Notes: generated by a model from the letters alone, not told the origin. Positions 19,890 through 31,042 are shown, counted from the first letter of the stretch. The stretch is DNA of 64,000 bases from Gammaproteobacteria bacterium (GCA_035943935.1 DASZBR010000002.1:90868-154867), one strand, 5' to 3'. Program-made: numbers and translations.

Positions 19890-21073
19890 AAAATTTCCTT
19901 TTTAACTTCCAATTCATCACTGAACGGGAATCGTTCATGGTTTATTTCCTGATACGTTTCGTGGCCTTTGCCGGCAATCAAAACAATATCGTTGGGTTGA
20001 GCGGATTGAATCGCATGTTGAATCGCGCGTTGTCGGTCGTGTTCTGTAATAATAGTTTCTTTGTTTTTAATTCCTGTTTTTATTTCAGCAATAATTTCGA
20101 GGGGGTTTTCGGTGCGCGGATTGTCGTCTGTTAATATCACAAAATCGGCGAGTTTCTCTGCAATTCGGCCCATTAACGGACGTTTGCCTTTATCGCGATC
20201 GCCACCGCAACCAAAGACACACCAAATATTGCCATGACAATGCTCGCGCAATGTTTTTAAGGTTTTTTCGAGTGCGTCGGGCGTATGTGCATAATCAATG
20301 ACAATCATAGATTTATTGGGTGCGTGAATGACTTGCATGCGGCCTGAGATGTTTTTGAGTTGAGCAATATAATTTAAAGTATCAGATAATTTTATATTTA
20401 ATAAACCTAATACGGTGACTACGGCTAATAAATTACTGATATTAAATTTGCCAAATAAACTCGTTTCGAGGATTCCATCTCCCCACGGCGTATGAATCTC
20501 TGCCGTAGTGCCCAAAGAATGCGGCGTAATTTTTGAGGCATATATAAAGGGTATATTTTTAATAGGACATTTTTTTAATTCTGTTGACGTACAGTAGAGT
20601 GGGGTGGATTTTAATTGCTTCGCAAATTTCAAACCCGTTTTATCGTCTACGTTAATAATATTATAGTTAGGTTTAAAATCAGCAAATAATTTAAATTTAG
20701 CTTGTTCATAATTTTTTAAGGTTTTATGGTAATCCAGGTGGTCGCGTGTAAGATTGGTAAATATTCCTGCAAAAAATTCTGTATTTTTTAATCTATTTTG
20801 ATCTAGGCCGTGTGATGATGCTTCAAGTGCAATGACGTCCGTTTTTTTATCTAGAAAATCCGCAAATATTTTTTTTAATTCATCGGGGCTTGGCGTCGTG
20901 AGTCGAGCGGGTTCTAAATGATCAATGAGGCCATTACCTAACGTGCCAATTACACCTGTGTTTAATCCATGTAATTTCAACGCGCGCGCAATAAAGTGCG
21001 TGATCGATGTTTTTCCATTGGTTCCTGTGACACCAATTATTTTAGGTTGCTGCTGTATTATCGGGGGGGACAT
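19874..21073 (-). CDS. murE: UDP-MurNAc-L-Ala-D-Glu:meso-DAP ligase MurE, N-terminally short (399 aa)
   Basis: [11 protein letters not shown]-loop at residues 14-22. DNPR motif ([11 protein letters not shown]) is diagnostic of MurE. About 95 aa of the usual N-terminal domain are missing, and ftsI abuts the start. Confidence 0.8.
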
Positions 21074-22733
21074 TTAAAATCCTCAATGCATCGCCCATGA
21101 CTTTTGCGAAAATAGGGCCTGCCACATCCCCGCCAAAATACGCTTTTTTGGTGGGATCATGCAACTCCACCGCAATCACTAATCGAGGATTGGTTGCCGG
21201 AGCCATTCCCACAAACACAGCATTATGGTGATTTAACTCATAACCATGGGGCCCTAAGATTCTTGTGGTCCCCGTTTTCCCTGAAATAATATAGTTTGGC
21301 ACACGAGCAGCAACAGCAGTACCGCCATGTTTATCTAATACGGTTTCAAGCATGCCGCGAAGTTCCAGCGCGACCTTAGGAGAAATAACTTGTTTAGTTT
21401 GCGGGGGAGTATTCACCATAAATAAGCTTAAAGGAGTTTCTTGTCCGTCGTTGGCTATGGTTTGATAAGTATGTGCCAGTTGAAGCAGATTAACAGAAAT
21501 GCCGTACCCGAAAGCAATCGTCGCTAATACAAATGCCGAGTGATCGGCATTCGTTGCGATATAGCCATCGCTTTCACCTGGGAAGCCTATGCCTGTTGGT
21601 TGTACAAATCCAAACGAATGGATCATATTTAAAAAATTGCTGTGGGGGAGGGATAAAATAGTTTTTGATATACCGACATTACTGGAGACTTCTAAGACGC
21701 GAGTGAGTGTAATAACTCCATTGTTATTGCCATCATCGAGGTCGTCGACTTTTTTGCCGTCGACAAACCAATAGCCAGGATTCGTATCGACCAATGAATT
21801 GGGTGTATATCTTCCTGAGGATAATGCAGTTGCCATTGCAATGGTTTTCATGGTTGAACCGGGTTCAAACAAATCGGTTACTGCGCGATTTCTATAAATA
21901 CCCGATTCTGATTTCGGTCTAATATTGGGATTAAATGACGGCGCATTTGCCATTGCCAAAATTTCACCCGTTTTGACATCGAGAATGACAATGGATCCAG
22001 ATTGCGCACCAAAATATTTCAGGCCCTCATCTAATTCATGGTAGGCGATATATTGTAAACGGTTATCAATGCTTAAGGTTAAGTTGTGACCAGGGACAGG
22101 CTCGCGAAGTGTGCCAAGACTCGATACTTCATTGCCGTAGCGATCTTGAATAACTTTTTTCAGGCCAGGGCTACCGGAGAGCCAACTGTTATATTCCAGC
22201 TCTAAACCTTCTTGACCGATATCATCAATATTCGTTATGCCAATTAATTGGGAGGACGATTCGCCTTCAGGATAAAAACGGCGATACTGTCTTTCTAGAA
22301 ATAAACCCTTAATATTTAAATTTTCGAGATCAGTGGCGAGGGTGGGCGATAAATCGCGTTTGAGATAGAGAAATTGTTTATGCTTGAATTTTTCGAGTTG
22401 ATCTTGAATTTCCGATGGCTCGAGCGAGAGAAATTGTGATAAGGAAATTAATTGTGCTTGGGTTAAAACAACTTTGGTTGGATCTACCCATGCTGCATAA
22501 ACAGGAGTACTAATGGCCAGAGGTTGGCCGTTTCGGTCTGTGATCATTCCGCGGTAAGCAGGAAGTACGATTTCTCGAATAGCGCGTTGTGACCATTGGT
22601 TTTGCAAAAAATGCCGTTTAATTACGCTTAGATCAACCAAACGAAAAACTAACGCAGCAATGATACAGATAAGCAAAACAGCAACCGCCACAAGCCGCCG
22701 CACATGGGTTGGCTCAGCTTGTGGGGATGTCAT
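21042..22733 (-). CDS. ftsI: Peptidoglycan D,D-transpeptidase FtsI (PBP3)
   Basis: STMK, SSN and KTGT motifs. N-terminal TM. 563 aa. Confidence 0.9.
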   Translation of the reverse strand: MTSPQAEPTHVRRLVAVAVLLICIIAALVFRLVDLSVIKRHFLQNQWSQRAIREIVLPAYRGMITDRNGQPLAISTPVYAAWVDPTKVVLTQAQLISLSQFLSLEPSEIQDQLEKFKHKQFLYLKRDLSPTLATDLENLNIKGLFLERQYRRFYPEGESSSQLIGITNIDDIGQEGLELEYNSWLSGSPGLKKVIQDRYGNEVSSLGTLREPVPGHNLTLSIDNRLQYIAYHELDEGLKYFGAQSGSIVILDVKTGEILAMANAPSFNPNIRPKSESGIYRNRAVTDLFEPGSTMKTIAMATALSSGRYTPNSLVDTNPGYWFVDGKKVDDLDDGNNNGVITLTRVLEVSSNVGISKTILSLPHSNFLNMIHSFGFVQPTGIGFPGESDGYIATNADHSAFVLATIAFGYGISVNLLQLAHTYQTIANDGQETPLSLFMVNTPPQTKQVISPKVALELRGMLETVLDKHGGTAVAARVPNYIISGKTGTTRILGPHGYELNHHNAVFVGMAPATNPRLVIAVELHDPTKKAYFGGDVAGPIFAKVMGDALRILNVPPDNTAAT

Positions 22734-23074
22734 GGATGAATAATCACGACCTTTTGTGCATTAGGGAATACTAAACCATCATCTTGTTTTGCAGCGCGTT
22801 CGACACGAGAAGGGGCAACCCAGGTATTTTTTTCCAGTAATAATTGTCCATATTCGGTTTGAATCAAATTGCGATCATGTTGAAGGCTGGACAATTCCCC
22901 CACCATTTTTCGATTACTATCCGAGAGTGTAATGACACTCAATGCAGAAATCACAATCGCAAAGACGAGAAGAAATGTCGTCATGGCTTGTCGTGAGAGC
23001 GCAATCGCTCGAATGTGTGCCGGCGAAGCGGCGATTACAATTCCTTGAGTCAGGGCACGTGCAGCTGCATTCAT
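22730..23074 (-). CDS. ftsL: Cell division protein FtsL
   Basis: Small bitopic protein between rsmH and ftsI. Confidence 0.7.
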   Translation of the reverse strand: MNAAARALTQGIVIAASPAHIRAIALSRQAMTTFLLVFAIVISALSVITLSDSNRKMVGELSSLQHDRNLIQTEYGQLLLEKNTWVAPSRVERAAKQDDGLVFPNAQKVVIIHP

Positions 23075-24000
23075 GAGAGTTTCTCCACAATTCGTAAAAT
23101 GGCGCTTCGAGAGCGCGGGTTATCTTTCATTTCTGCTTCCGTGGGTTTTATGGCTCGACCCATCGTTCGCAGACTCTTTTTCAACTCTCGATCTTTAATC
23201 GGGAGTTGCCGTAAAACGACATCACCGTGAATTTCTTCTTGAATGAACTGCTTAACGATTCGGTCTTCGAGAGAGTGAAAACTCACGACAGCCAATCGCC
23301 CGTTATTTTTTAGAATTTCTAAACAGTGGGGTAACACTGTTCTCAGTACCTCTAATTCTTGGTTAATATAAATTCGTAGAGCCTGAAACGCGCGAGTCGC
23401 TGGATGTTTATCGCGTTCCCATGCCGGATTAGCTTTTTTAATAATTTCGGCTAATCGAAGCGTATTCGTGATGGGCATTTCTTTTTGTTCAGTCACAATG
23501 GCCCGTGCAATTTTCTTTGCGAATCTTTCTTCGCCGTAGGTTTTTAATATTTCGGCCAGTTTTTCTTCTCTGACGGTTTCTAGAAACTCTGCAACACTTT
23601 GTCCTTTATCCGGATCCATTCTCATGTCGAGTGGACCGTCTTTTTGAAAACTAAAGCCTCTTGTCGCGTCATCTAATTGCGGGGAAGACACACCCAAATC
23701 CAATAAAATTCCCGCTATATTTGCTGTAATATTATTTTCATCGGCAATTTTTTTAATATTTTTAAAAGACTCTCGAATAAAATAAAAATTTTTGTTTTTA
23801 ATTTTGTGGGCCTCTTTTTCGGCTTCTGGATCTTGATCTATGGCAAATAATTTTCCGTGTTCATTTAATTTTTCTAATATCGCTCGGCTATGTCCGCCGC
23901 GTCCAAACGTTCCATCGATGTAAATCCCCGAAGGGTCTATCGCTAATCCCGTCAAAACCTCTGACAGCAACACCGGCCGGTGATCGAAAACATAAGGCAT
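23071..24000 (-). CDS. rsmH: 16S rRNA m4C1402 methyltransferase RsmH (MraW)
   Basis: SAM-binding motifs. 309 aa. Occupies the expected dcw position. Confidence 0.9.
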   Translation of the reverse strand: MPYVFDHRPVLLSEVLTGLAIDPSGIYIDGTFGRGGHSRAILEKLNEHGKLFAIDQDPEAEKEAHKIKNKNFYFIRESFKNIKKIADENNITANIAGILLDLGVSSPQLDDATRGFSFQKDGPLDMRMDPDKGQSVAEFLETVREEKLAEILKTYGEERFAKKIARAIVTEQKEMPITNTLRLAEIIKKANPAWERDKHPATRAFQALRIYINQELEVLRTVLPHCLEILKNNGRLAVVSFHSLEDRIVKQFIQEEIHGDVVLRQLPIKDRELKKSLRTMGRAIKPTEAEMKDNPRSRSAILRIVEKLS

Positions 24001-24002
24001 GT

Positions 24003-24461
24003 TTATAAGGCAAGAGATTGGAGTTCAGGGGGGACGTCCGCCGTGCCATTCTCTTCTTCCGCTAACCACTCATCCCGGTGTTTATGCCAGTATTTTTTAT
24101 CCCATATTTCAAACTTATTTCCTTGACCGATCAGTACAACTTCTTTTTCTAAGTGCCCGTACTCTCTTAGTAATGTTGGTAAGAGGACGCGTCCGCTGCT
24201 ATCCACTTCGATTTCAGTGGCGTGTCCAATCAGCAAACGCTGGATCCGCCGCGTTGCCTTATTAAAACTGGACAGTGCCTGAATCTTTTGTTCAATTTTT
24301 TGCCATTCATGTATCGGGTAGAGCAGTAAACAAGGTGAATCCGTATCAATTGTCAGAATTAATTTTTGGCCACTGTGTTGTTGTAATTCTTCGCGATAGC
24401 GAGTCGGAAGCGCCATGCGCCCCTTGCTGTCGAGATTTATGCCGTTAATGCCTCTGTACAA
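24003..24461 (-). CDS. mraZ: Transcriptional regulator MraZ
   Basis: Duplicated SpoVT/AbrB-like halves. 152 aa. First gene of the dcw cluster. Confidence 0.85.
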   Translation of the reverse strand: MYRGINGINLDSKGRMALPTRYREELQQHSGQKLILTIDTDSPCLLLYPIHEWQKIEQKIQALSSFNKATRRIQRLLIGHATEIEVDSSGRVLLPTLLREYGHLEKEVVLIGQGNKFEIWDKKYWHKHRDEWLAEEENGTADVPPELQSLAL

Positions 24462-24607
24462 TTTACCGTCTCCGAATTATTCCCACTAATTCCCACACCA
24501 CGACACATTTTTACACTCAACCACACTTTGATGCAAGTGGTTTTGTAAAATTTCCCACCGCCCCCCTAATTTTTGACGCACACGAATTAATCCCTTAGCC
24601 TTAGCGT

Positions 24608-25396
24608 ATGAACGCAACCGATCTAAAATATTATTCCGAACGCATTGAGATTTTTCTCAACAAGAATCTTGTCAATACGTCTGATCCTCTTCATCAAGCG
24701 ATGCGATATAGCGTATTAAATGGCGGAAAAAGATTGAGACCACTTTTGGTTTATGCAGCGGGATTGGTCAGCGGCGCGGATTTACATAAATTAGATCACT
24801 GCGCTGCAGCGGTAGAATTCATTCATGCGTATTCTTTAATTCATGATGATCTACCTGCGATGGATGATGATGATTTCCGAAGGGGCATGCCGAGTTGTCA
24901 TAAAAAGTTTGGCGAAGCCACAGCCATATTAGCTGGCGATGCGCTTCAGAGTTTGGCTTTTGAAATATTAGCTGAAAATAATAATCCAGAATTAATTAAA
25001 ATACTTGCACGAGCGGTTGGTACAGAGGGCATGGTTTTAGGGCAAAGCATGGATATGCAATATAAACAAAAAGATCTCCCCGAAAAAATCCGCGAAACTA
25101 TTCATAAAAATAAAACGGCTAAATTAATTATGGCGAGTGTTCAGTTGGGGGCTTTAACAGGAACTATTTCAGAAGATCATTATAAAAAATTAGTTTTATT
25201 TGCTGAAGATTTCGGCTTGGCGTTTCAATATCACGATGACGCCCATGATGGCGAAGAAAATTGTTTGGCCAAAGCAGAATTTTTTTACAAAAAAGCTGAG
25301 GGTTATTTAGCGTCTTTATCCAATACAGAATTATTCTTTCGAATATTAGCCATGATAAAAAGTAATAATAATGTCAGTGATAATGCAAACCATTGA
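24608..25396 (+). CDS. ispA: Short polyprenyl diphosphate synthase (IspA-like, 262 aa)
   Basis: First DDxxD motif LIHDDLPAMDDDDFRRG and second motif FQYHDDAHD. Lacks about 35 aa relative to E. coli IspA after the second motif. Confidence 0.65.
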   Translation: MNATDLKYYSERIEIFLNKNLVNTSDPLHQAMRYSVLNGGKRLRPLLVYAAGLVSGADLHKLDHCAAAVEFIHAYSLIHDDLPAMDDDDFRRGMPSCHKKFGEATAILAGDALQSLAFEILAENNNPELIKILARAVGTEGMVLGQSMDMQYKQKDLPEKIRETIHKNKTAKLIMASVQLGALTGTISEDHYKKLVLFAEDFGLAFQYHDDAHDGEENCLAKAEFFYKKAEGYLASLSNTELFFRILAMIKSNNNVSDNANH

Positions 25397-25929
25397 AATG
25401 CAAAAATAATATGTTTCTCTGATTTAACATTAATAGGCAGTGTCACGGGTGTATGGCTGACGACGACGTACGGATAAAATTCATGTTTAAGTTGTTTGCT
25501 TAATTTTTCAGTGTCTACATCGGGCGAAATAATATCCAGCGCTCCCTTGATCGTTTGTTCCCCAAAGATAGGCGAAATATTTTTAGCATCCGTGTCTGAC
25601 ACCACTCCCCGATCCACCAGAATCATTTTCGTCGACCCAAAAATATTGAAGGGCGTAAGAACTTCATATCCCTCTTTGTTTTTCAGCAAAATCGAATGGT
25701 CATTGTCGAATCGACCCGTCAATTGAATCTTAAAATAGCGGAGATTTTCTTGCTTGGTATTCAATGTCGTCGCGTTGATGAGGGTTTGGCTGCGTTCAAA
25801 ATACTGCATTTTAAGCAGTTTTTTAAATTCTGCGCGGTTGAGTTGCCAGAATCCCAAGTTGAGGAGTGCACTAAATATAACTAAAGTAATCAGCGTCGTG
25901 AGTAATGTCGGGCGGAAAGTGTATTTCAT
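25303..25929 (-). CDS. SURF1-family cytochrome oxidase assembly protein
   Basis: LGFWQLNRAEFKK motif, N- and C-terminal TM segments. The 3' end overlaps the ispA-like ORF by 94 nt. Confidence 0.65.
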   Translation of the reverse strand: MKYTFRPTLLTTLITLVIFSALLNLGFWQLNRAEFKKLLKMQYFERSQTLINATTLNTKQENLRYFKIQLTGRFDNDHSILLKNKEGYEVLTPFNIFGSTKMILVDRGVVSDTDAKNISPIFGEQTIKGALDIISPDVDTEKLSKQLKHEFYPYVVVSHTPVTLPINVKSEKHIIFAFQWFALSLTLLLLFIMANIRKNNSVLDKDAK

Positions 25930-25990
25930 GGTTATCGTTTCGTTAAATTCCAGTTATCATATAGACCACTATTTCAGACAGGAATGTATC

Positions 25991-27283
25991 ATGATTGCGT
26001 TTTCACTTAAAGATTTACCTGCGTTTAATGGCATTAGTTTTGACACCCGCACGCTGAAGCCCGGCAATCTCTATTTTGCGATTTTGGGTGAGAGTAAAGA
26101 CGGCCATGACTTCGTTGATCAAGCTCGACGGAACGGGGCGGCGGGTGCGGTGGTTTCAAAGCCGGTCACATCACCACTGCCTACCGTCCAAGTCGAAGAC
26201 ACGACGAAAGCCTTGGGTGAATTTGGCAAAATGATTCGTGATAAATTTTCGATTCCACTTGTTGGGCTTACGGGTAGCAATGGCAAGACGACGACTAAAA
26301 ATATGATCGCGGCTATTTTTACGGAAGCAGGGTTAAATCCGTTGGCCACAGAGGGTAATTACAATAATCAATGGGGTGTGCCGTTGATGCTCTCCCGACT
26401 GACGAAAGAACATAAATCAGCTGTCATCGAAATGGGCATGAACCACTTTGATGAAATCCGTTATCTCACCCATCTCGCTCAGCCGACCATTGCATTAATT
26501 ACGAATGCCGGCCCAAGTCATCTTGAGGGGGTGGGTGGAAAAGTCGAAGGCGTTGCTAAAGCGAAAGGCGAAATTTTTGAAGGTTTATCCAAAGATGGCG
26601 TTGCGGTGATCAATGCTGATGACAAGTTTGCGGATTTCTGGAAAAAATTAGCGGGTTCTCGAAAGATTATTACGTTTGGATTAGCGCATCCTGCCGATGT
26701 TCACGGTGAAATTATTCCCGGCGGATTTAGCCTGAATTATTTAGATCATAAAATCAATATTAAATTAGATTTGTTGGGTAAACATAATATTATGAATGCA
26801 TTGGCGGCATCAGCGGTGGGAATTGCAAACCATATCAAAGTAGACGTTATTAAATCAGCGCTTGAAAAAATGAATCCTGAACACGGCCGTATGGAAGTCA
26901 AGCAAGGGTTGAACGGCGCAAAAATTATTGATGATACGTATAATGCAAACCCATTATCTTTTAGAGCAGCGATAGAAAGTATTTCGCATGACAAAGCCAA
27001 GAAAATATTGGTCTTAGGCGATATGCGTGAATTAGGCGAAACGGCTGTTGAGCTTCATCGTGAGTGTGGAAAATTGGCCAAATCTTCAGGCATTGATCAA
27101 ATATTTGCGACGGGCGAATTAATGAAAGAATTTGTCAAAAGCTTTGGCGAACATGCGCAACACTATAATAATCAAGCAGAATTAATTAAGGCTTTATTAC
27201 CCTGTTTATCGAAAGATGTTTTAGTGTTGGTGAAGGGTTCGCGCTCGATGAAAATGGAGAATGTCGTTAATGCCATTACCTAA
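25991..27283 (+). CDS. murF: UDP-MurNAc-tripeptide--D-Ala-D-Ala ligase MurF, displaced from the dcw cluster
   Basis: GLTGSNGKTTTK P-loop and Mur ligase C-domain. Start set at the ATG at 25991 (MIAFSLKDL) rather than the track's 25754. Confidence 0.8.
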   Translation: MIAFSLKDLPAFNGISFDTRTLKPGNLYFAILGESKDGHDFVDQARRNGAAGAVVSKPVTSPLPTVQVEDTTKALGEFGKMIRDKFSIPLVGLTGSNGKTTTKNMIAAIFTEAGLNPLATEGNYNNQWGVPLMLSRLTKEHKSAVIEMGMNHFDEIRYLTHLAQPTIALITNAGPSHLEGVGGKVEGVAKAKGEIFEGLSKDGVAVINADDKFADFWKKLAGSRKIITFGLAHPADVHGEIIPGGFSLNYLDHKINIKLDLLGKHNIMNALAASAVGIANHIKVDVIKSALEKMNPEHGRMEVKQGLNGAKIIDDTYNANPLSFRAAIESISHDKAKKILVLGDMRELGETAVELHRECGKLAKSSGIDQIFATGELMKEFVKSFGEHAQHYNNQAELIKALLPCLSKDVLVLVKGSRSMKMENVVNAIT

Positions 27284-27653
27284 AAAAGTAGCGCTTGTGG
27301 TTGACGATGATGGTTCAATTCGAGCAGAAATCATTAAAATTTTAAAAAGTTTTAATTATGATATTGTGGAAGCAGTCAATGGCCGAGACGGCGTACAGAA
27401 ATTCCAGCAACAAAAATTTGATTTAGTGACGATGGATTTTTTGATGCCAGAATTAAATGGTGCAGAGGCGGTCAGTGTCATTCGGCAGTTGGATAAAAAT
27501 GTTTTGATTGTAGGCTTAAGTTCGTCGCATACTCGCATGGAAGCGGAGTGTAAGAGATTACATGTAGAGATTCCTGTTTTATCGAAATTTGAGATGCCTG
27601 AAATACTAACGAACTATATAAAGGGGATTGACGATGGAAGAGGCGCAAGCTAA
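27261..27653 (+). CDS. Single-domain response regulator (REC only)
   Basis: CheY-like receiver with DDD...D...K pattern. Overlaps the murF stop. Confidence 0.7.
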   Translation: MSLMPLPKKVALVVDDDGSIRAEIIKILKSFNYDIVEAVNGRDGVQKFQQQKFDLVTMDFLMPELNGAEAVSVIRQLDKNVLIVGLSSSHTRMEAECKRLHVEIPVLSKFEMPEILTNYIKGIDDGRGAS

Positions 27654-28182
27654 AAAGCCACGTGCTTTAGTAGTTGAAGATGTCGATATGTTACGTAGGG
27701 TTTTAGGCAAGCAATTAAAAGAACTGGGGTTTGTTGTTTCCTACGCAGTAACAAGTCAGGGTGCCCTTGCTTTTTATGGTGAAACAAATCCGTTTGATGT
27801 GGTCTTTATGGATCATTTGATGAAAGGGAGTGAGACTAATGGTGCAGAAGCGGCTTTTAATATCAGAAAAAAAGACAGTGCTGTTTGTATCATTTGTTTA
27901 ACAGCCACACCCGTGCAGATGCAAGCTGAGTTACTCGAAAAATTTGCGGTCGAGAAACTAGATGAGATTGAAGGGTTATGTGTGGTTAACAAACCTTATA
28001 AGCTCGATTGTCTTAAACTTATCCTTCAATTGCATGGCTTTATTCTCAAAGATTCTACTGCATCACAGTTGAGAGAATTTGATGTACAGATTCAACAGAG
28101 TATTGTGGCTAATGACAGTGAATCCTCTACGGAAAAAGCTCATGTAAATTCGCCAAGCCCCAGTCGAAAAGATAGTGAATAG
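27628..28182 (+). CDS. Response-regulator receiver protein with Ser-rich C-terminal tail
   Basis: Receiver motifs LVVEDVDM...FMDHLM. No output domain. Confidence 0.65.
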   Translation: MTMEEAQAKKPRALVVEDVDMLRRVLGKQLKELGFVVSYAVTSQGALAFYGETNPFDVVFMDHLMKGSETNGAEAAFNIRKKDSAVCIICLTATPVQMQAELLEKFAVEKLDEIEGLCVVNKPYKLDCLKLILQLHGFILKDSTASQLREFDVQIQQSIVANDSESSTEKAHVNSPSPSRKDSE

Positions 28183-28633
28183 TCGCTAACCGAATACTTT
28201 CACGACTGCCCGTAAAATATTCGCTCGTCGTTCGCGTATCGGTCATCGATGTTGCCAATCCAAACCAGATTGTACCCACAGGTTTTTCTTTCGTTCCACC
28301 ATCTGGACCTGCAACGCCCGTGACGGAAATCGCAAAATCGACTGGGCTTTTGTTCAATGCACCTTCGGCCATTTTCTCTGCGGTTTCCTTACTGACTGCG
28401 CCATAAGCCTGAATAATATTTTCAGGAACGTCTAATAATTCTTGTTTAGAAAGATTGGAGTAGGTCACAAAGCCGCGCTCGAAAAATTTGGAGCTGCCGG
28501 GAATGCCGGTTAATGCAAATGCTATTCCTCCGCCGGTACAGGATTCCGCAACCGCACATTTTAATTTCTTTTTACGCAAGAATTGGCCCCATTTTTCCGC
28601 CAGAATGCTAATATTCTCGTCTAATAGTTTCAT
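28127..28633 (-). CDS. pncC: CinA C-terminal domain / NMN amidohydrolase PncC
   Basis: [12 protein letters not shown] motif. 168 aa. Confidence 0.8.
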   Translation of the reverse strand: MKLLDENISILAEKWGQFLRKKKLKCAVAESCTGGGIAFALTGIPGSSKFFERGFVTYSNLSKQELLDVPENIIQAYGAVSKETAEKMAEGALNKSPVDFAISVTGVAGPDGGTKEKPVGTIWFGLATSMTDTRTTSEYFTGSRESIRLATIHYLFDWGLANLHELFP

Positions 28634-28647
28634 ACAGGGAATCTCCT

Positions 28648-31041
28648 ATGAGCATTGAACAGCATACCCCCATGATGCAGCAGTATTTGCGTATTAAAAG
28701 TGAGCATGAGGATAAATTAGTATTCTACCGCATGGGCGATTTTTATGAGTTATTTTTTGAGGATGCCAAAAAAGCCGCAAAACTATTAGATTTAACGCTT
28801 ACCAAGCGCGGTCAATCGAATGGCGAGCCGATTCCGATGGCAGGAATTCCATACCACGCTGCCGAAAATTATTTAGGCAAATTAATTAAAGCCGGCGAAT
28901 CTGTTGCCATATGCGAACAAATCGGCGATCCCGCGACATCCAAAGGGCCAGTAGACAGACAAGTTGTCAGAATTATTACACCGGGTACTGTCACAGACGA
29001 GGCTTTATTAGAAGATCGCAAAGATAATTTATTAGTTGCGATTCATCGCGATCAATTACGGTTTGGATTAGCCAGTTTAGATTTATCCAGTGGCAGATTT
29101 ATATTACAAGAACTCCACTCAGAAGAAGCAGTTTTAAGTGAACTGGAAAGATTAAAACCTGCTGAAATACTGGTCCGCGAAGAAGGGGCTTATGATCCCG
29201 TATTAAAAAATAGATCGGGCATTAGAAGAAGAGGGGCATGGGAATTTAATTTTGAGACAGCCAAGCAATTATTATTATCCCATTTTAAAACGCATGATCT
29301 TTCAGCATTTGGATGTGAAGAATTACCGTTAGGATTAATGGCCGCGGGTGCATTAATGCATTATGCGCGTGAAACACAACGCACAGCTTTGCCCCATATT
29401 AAAACATTGCGAGTAGAGCGTTCTGAAGATCACCTAATTCTTGATGCTGCAACGCGAAGAAATTTAGAGCTAGATACTAATCTTCAGGGCGGCATAGATA
29501 ATACGTTATCCAGTGTCATAGACAGAACATCGACAGCAATGGGCAGTCGATTATTACGACGATGGTTAAATCAGCCTTTAAGAGATCGAAATATCTTACA
29601 GCAACGCCAGCAAATAATTTCTGGATTTCTCGAGAATAGATCTTATGTAAATCTACAAGAATATTTAAGGGAAATTGGCGACATAGAAAGAATTCTAGCG
29701 CGCGTGGCGTTGAAATCAGCACGGCCCAGAGATTTGGTTCAATTAAGATCAGCTATTCGGGTATTGCCCTTTATCAAAAATCAACTGGCCAGTTTTAGTA
29801 TTGCTCGCATTCAAAATTTGGCGAATAAAATTAATTTATTTGAGAATTTATTACAGATATTAAATATTGCTTTGATAGACAATCCGCCGATGTTAATCAG
29901 AGACGGTGGAGTTATAGCCGAAGGCTATCATGCGGAATTAGATGAATTAAGAATGCTCAGCGAGAATGCAAACCAATATTTAATTGATTTGGAAATGCGT
30001 GAACGCGAACGCACAAATATTTCCACACTTAAAGTCGGATATAACCGCATACATGGCTATTATATTGAAATTAGCGCGGCTCAATCTAAAAATGCACCCA
30101 TTGAATATCAGCGCAGACAAACTCTCAAAAACGCTGAAAGATATATCACGCCAGAATTAAAGCAATTTGAAGATAAAGTTTTAAGCGCAAAATCCAAAGC
30201 ATTAACACTCGAAAAGTTTTTATATGATGATTTATTGGAAATTATTTTAAAAGATTTATCTCAGCTTCAAGATACGGCTGCAGTAATAGCAGGTATTGAT
30301 GTCTCGTGTAATTTTGCAGAACGCGCAGAGACTTTACATTGGGTCTGTCCAGAATTAACGAATAATACAGAATTAAATATAGAAGCTGGCCGACATCCGG
30401 TGATTGAATTTACGCAACAAAATCCCTTCGTTCCCAACGATATTAATTTATTGCCTAATAGACGCATGTTAATTATTACGGGGCCGAATATGGGTGGTAA
30501 GTCGACTTATATGCGACAAACGGCTTTAATAACTTTATTGGCCCATATTGGATCGTTCGTTCCGGCTAAAAAAGCAGTCATAGGCAATATAGACAGAATA
30601 TTTACACGCATTGGCGCGGCGGATGATTTGGCGGGTGGTCGTTCGACGTTTATGGTGGAAATGACGGAAACGGCGAATATTCTTCATAACGCAACCGAAA
30701 ATAGCTTGGTTTTGATGGATGAGATTGGTCGAGGTACTAGTACTTTTGATGGTTTGTCGTTAGCATGGTCATGCGCGCATTACTTGGCAGATAATATTAA
30801 AGCTTTCACACTATTTGCCACACACTATTTTGAATTAACAACATTGCCAGAAGAGTGTGAGGGAATTGTTAACGTCCATTTAGATGCCGTAGAACATGGC
30901 GATCACATAGTATTTTTACATGCAGTACAGGAAGGCCCGGCGAGTAAGAGTTATGGATTACAAGTCGCGCAATTAGCCGGTATACCTATTTCGGTTATTG
31001 AAAAAGCCAAAGAAAAATTAAGAACATTGGAGATGAAGTAA
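28648..31041 (+). CDS. mutS: DNA mismatch repair protein MutS
   Basis: [14 protein letters not shown]...[12 protein letters not shown]-terminus and Walker [10 protein letters not shown]. 797 aa. Confidence 0.9.
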   Translation: MSIEQHTPMMQQYLRIKSEHEDKLVFYRMGDFYELFFEDAKKAAKLLDLTLTKRGQSNGEPIPMAGIPYHAAENYLGKLIKAGESVAICEQIGDPATSKGPVDRQVVRIITPGTVTDEALLEDRKDNLLVAIHRDQLRFGLASLDLSSGRFILQELHSEEAVLSELERLKPAEILVREEGAYDPVLKNRSGIRRRGAWEFNFETAKQLLLSHFKTHDLSAFGCEELPLGLMAAGALMHYARETQRTALPHIKTLRVERSEDHLILDAATRRNLELDTNLQGGIDNTLSSVIDRTSTAMGSRLLRRWLNQPLRDRNILQQRQQIISGFLENRSYVNLQEYLREIGDIERILARVALKSARPRDLVQLRSAIRVLPFIKNQLASFSIARIQNLANKINLFENLLQILNIALIDNPPMLIRDGGVIAEGYHAELDELRMLSENANQYLIDLEMRERERTNISTLKVGYNRIHGYYIEISAAQSKNAPIEYQRRQTLKNAERYITPELKQFEDKVLSAKSKALTLEKFLYDDLLEIILKDLSQLQDTAAVIAGIDVSCNFAERAETLHWVCPELTNNTELNIEAGRHPVIEFTQQNPFVPNDINLLPNRRMLIITGPNMGGKSTYMRQTALITLLAHIGSFVPAKKAVIGNIDRIFTRIGAADDLAGGRSTFMVEMTETANILHNATENSLVLMDEIGRGTSTFDGLSLAWSCAHYLADNIKAFTLFATHYFELTTLPEECEGIVNVHLDAVEHGDHIVFLHAVQEGPASKSYGLQVAQLAGIPISVIEKAKEKLRTLEMK

Positions 31042-31042
31042 T

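Noticed and set aside
20990-21075. Apparent 1-nt discrepancy between the printed sequence and the ORF track at the murE N-terminus (the text reads GTGCGGTGATC, where the track's protein ...[10 protein letters not shown] requires GTGCGTGATC)
   Set aside because: Taken literally, the printed text gives a frameshift that truncates MurE after 45 aa. The track reports a continuous 399-aa ORF, and ftsI/murE coordinates from the text are offset by +1 only locally. This is treated as a transcription or formatting ambiguity, not a biological frameshift. It is flagged because a real frameshift would matter for the murE and dcw interpretation.
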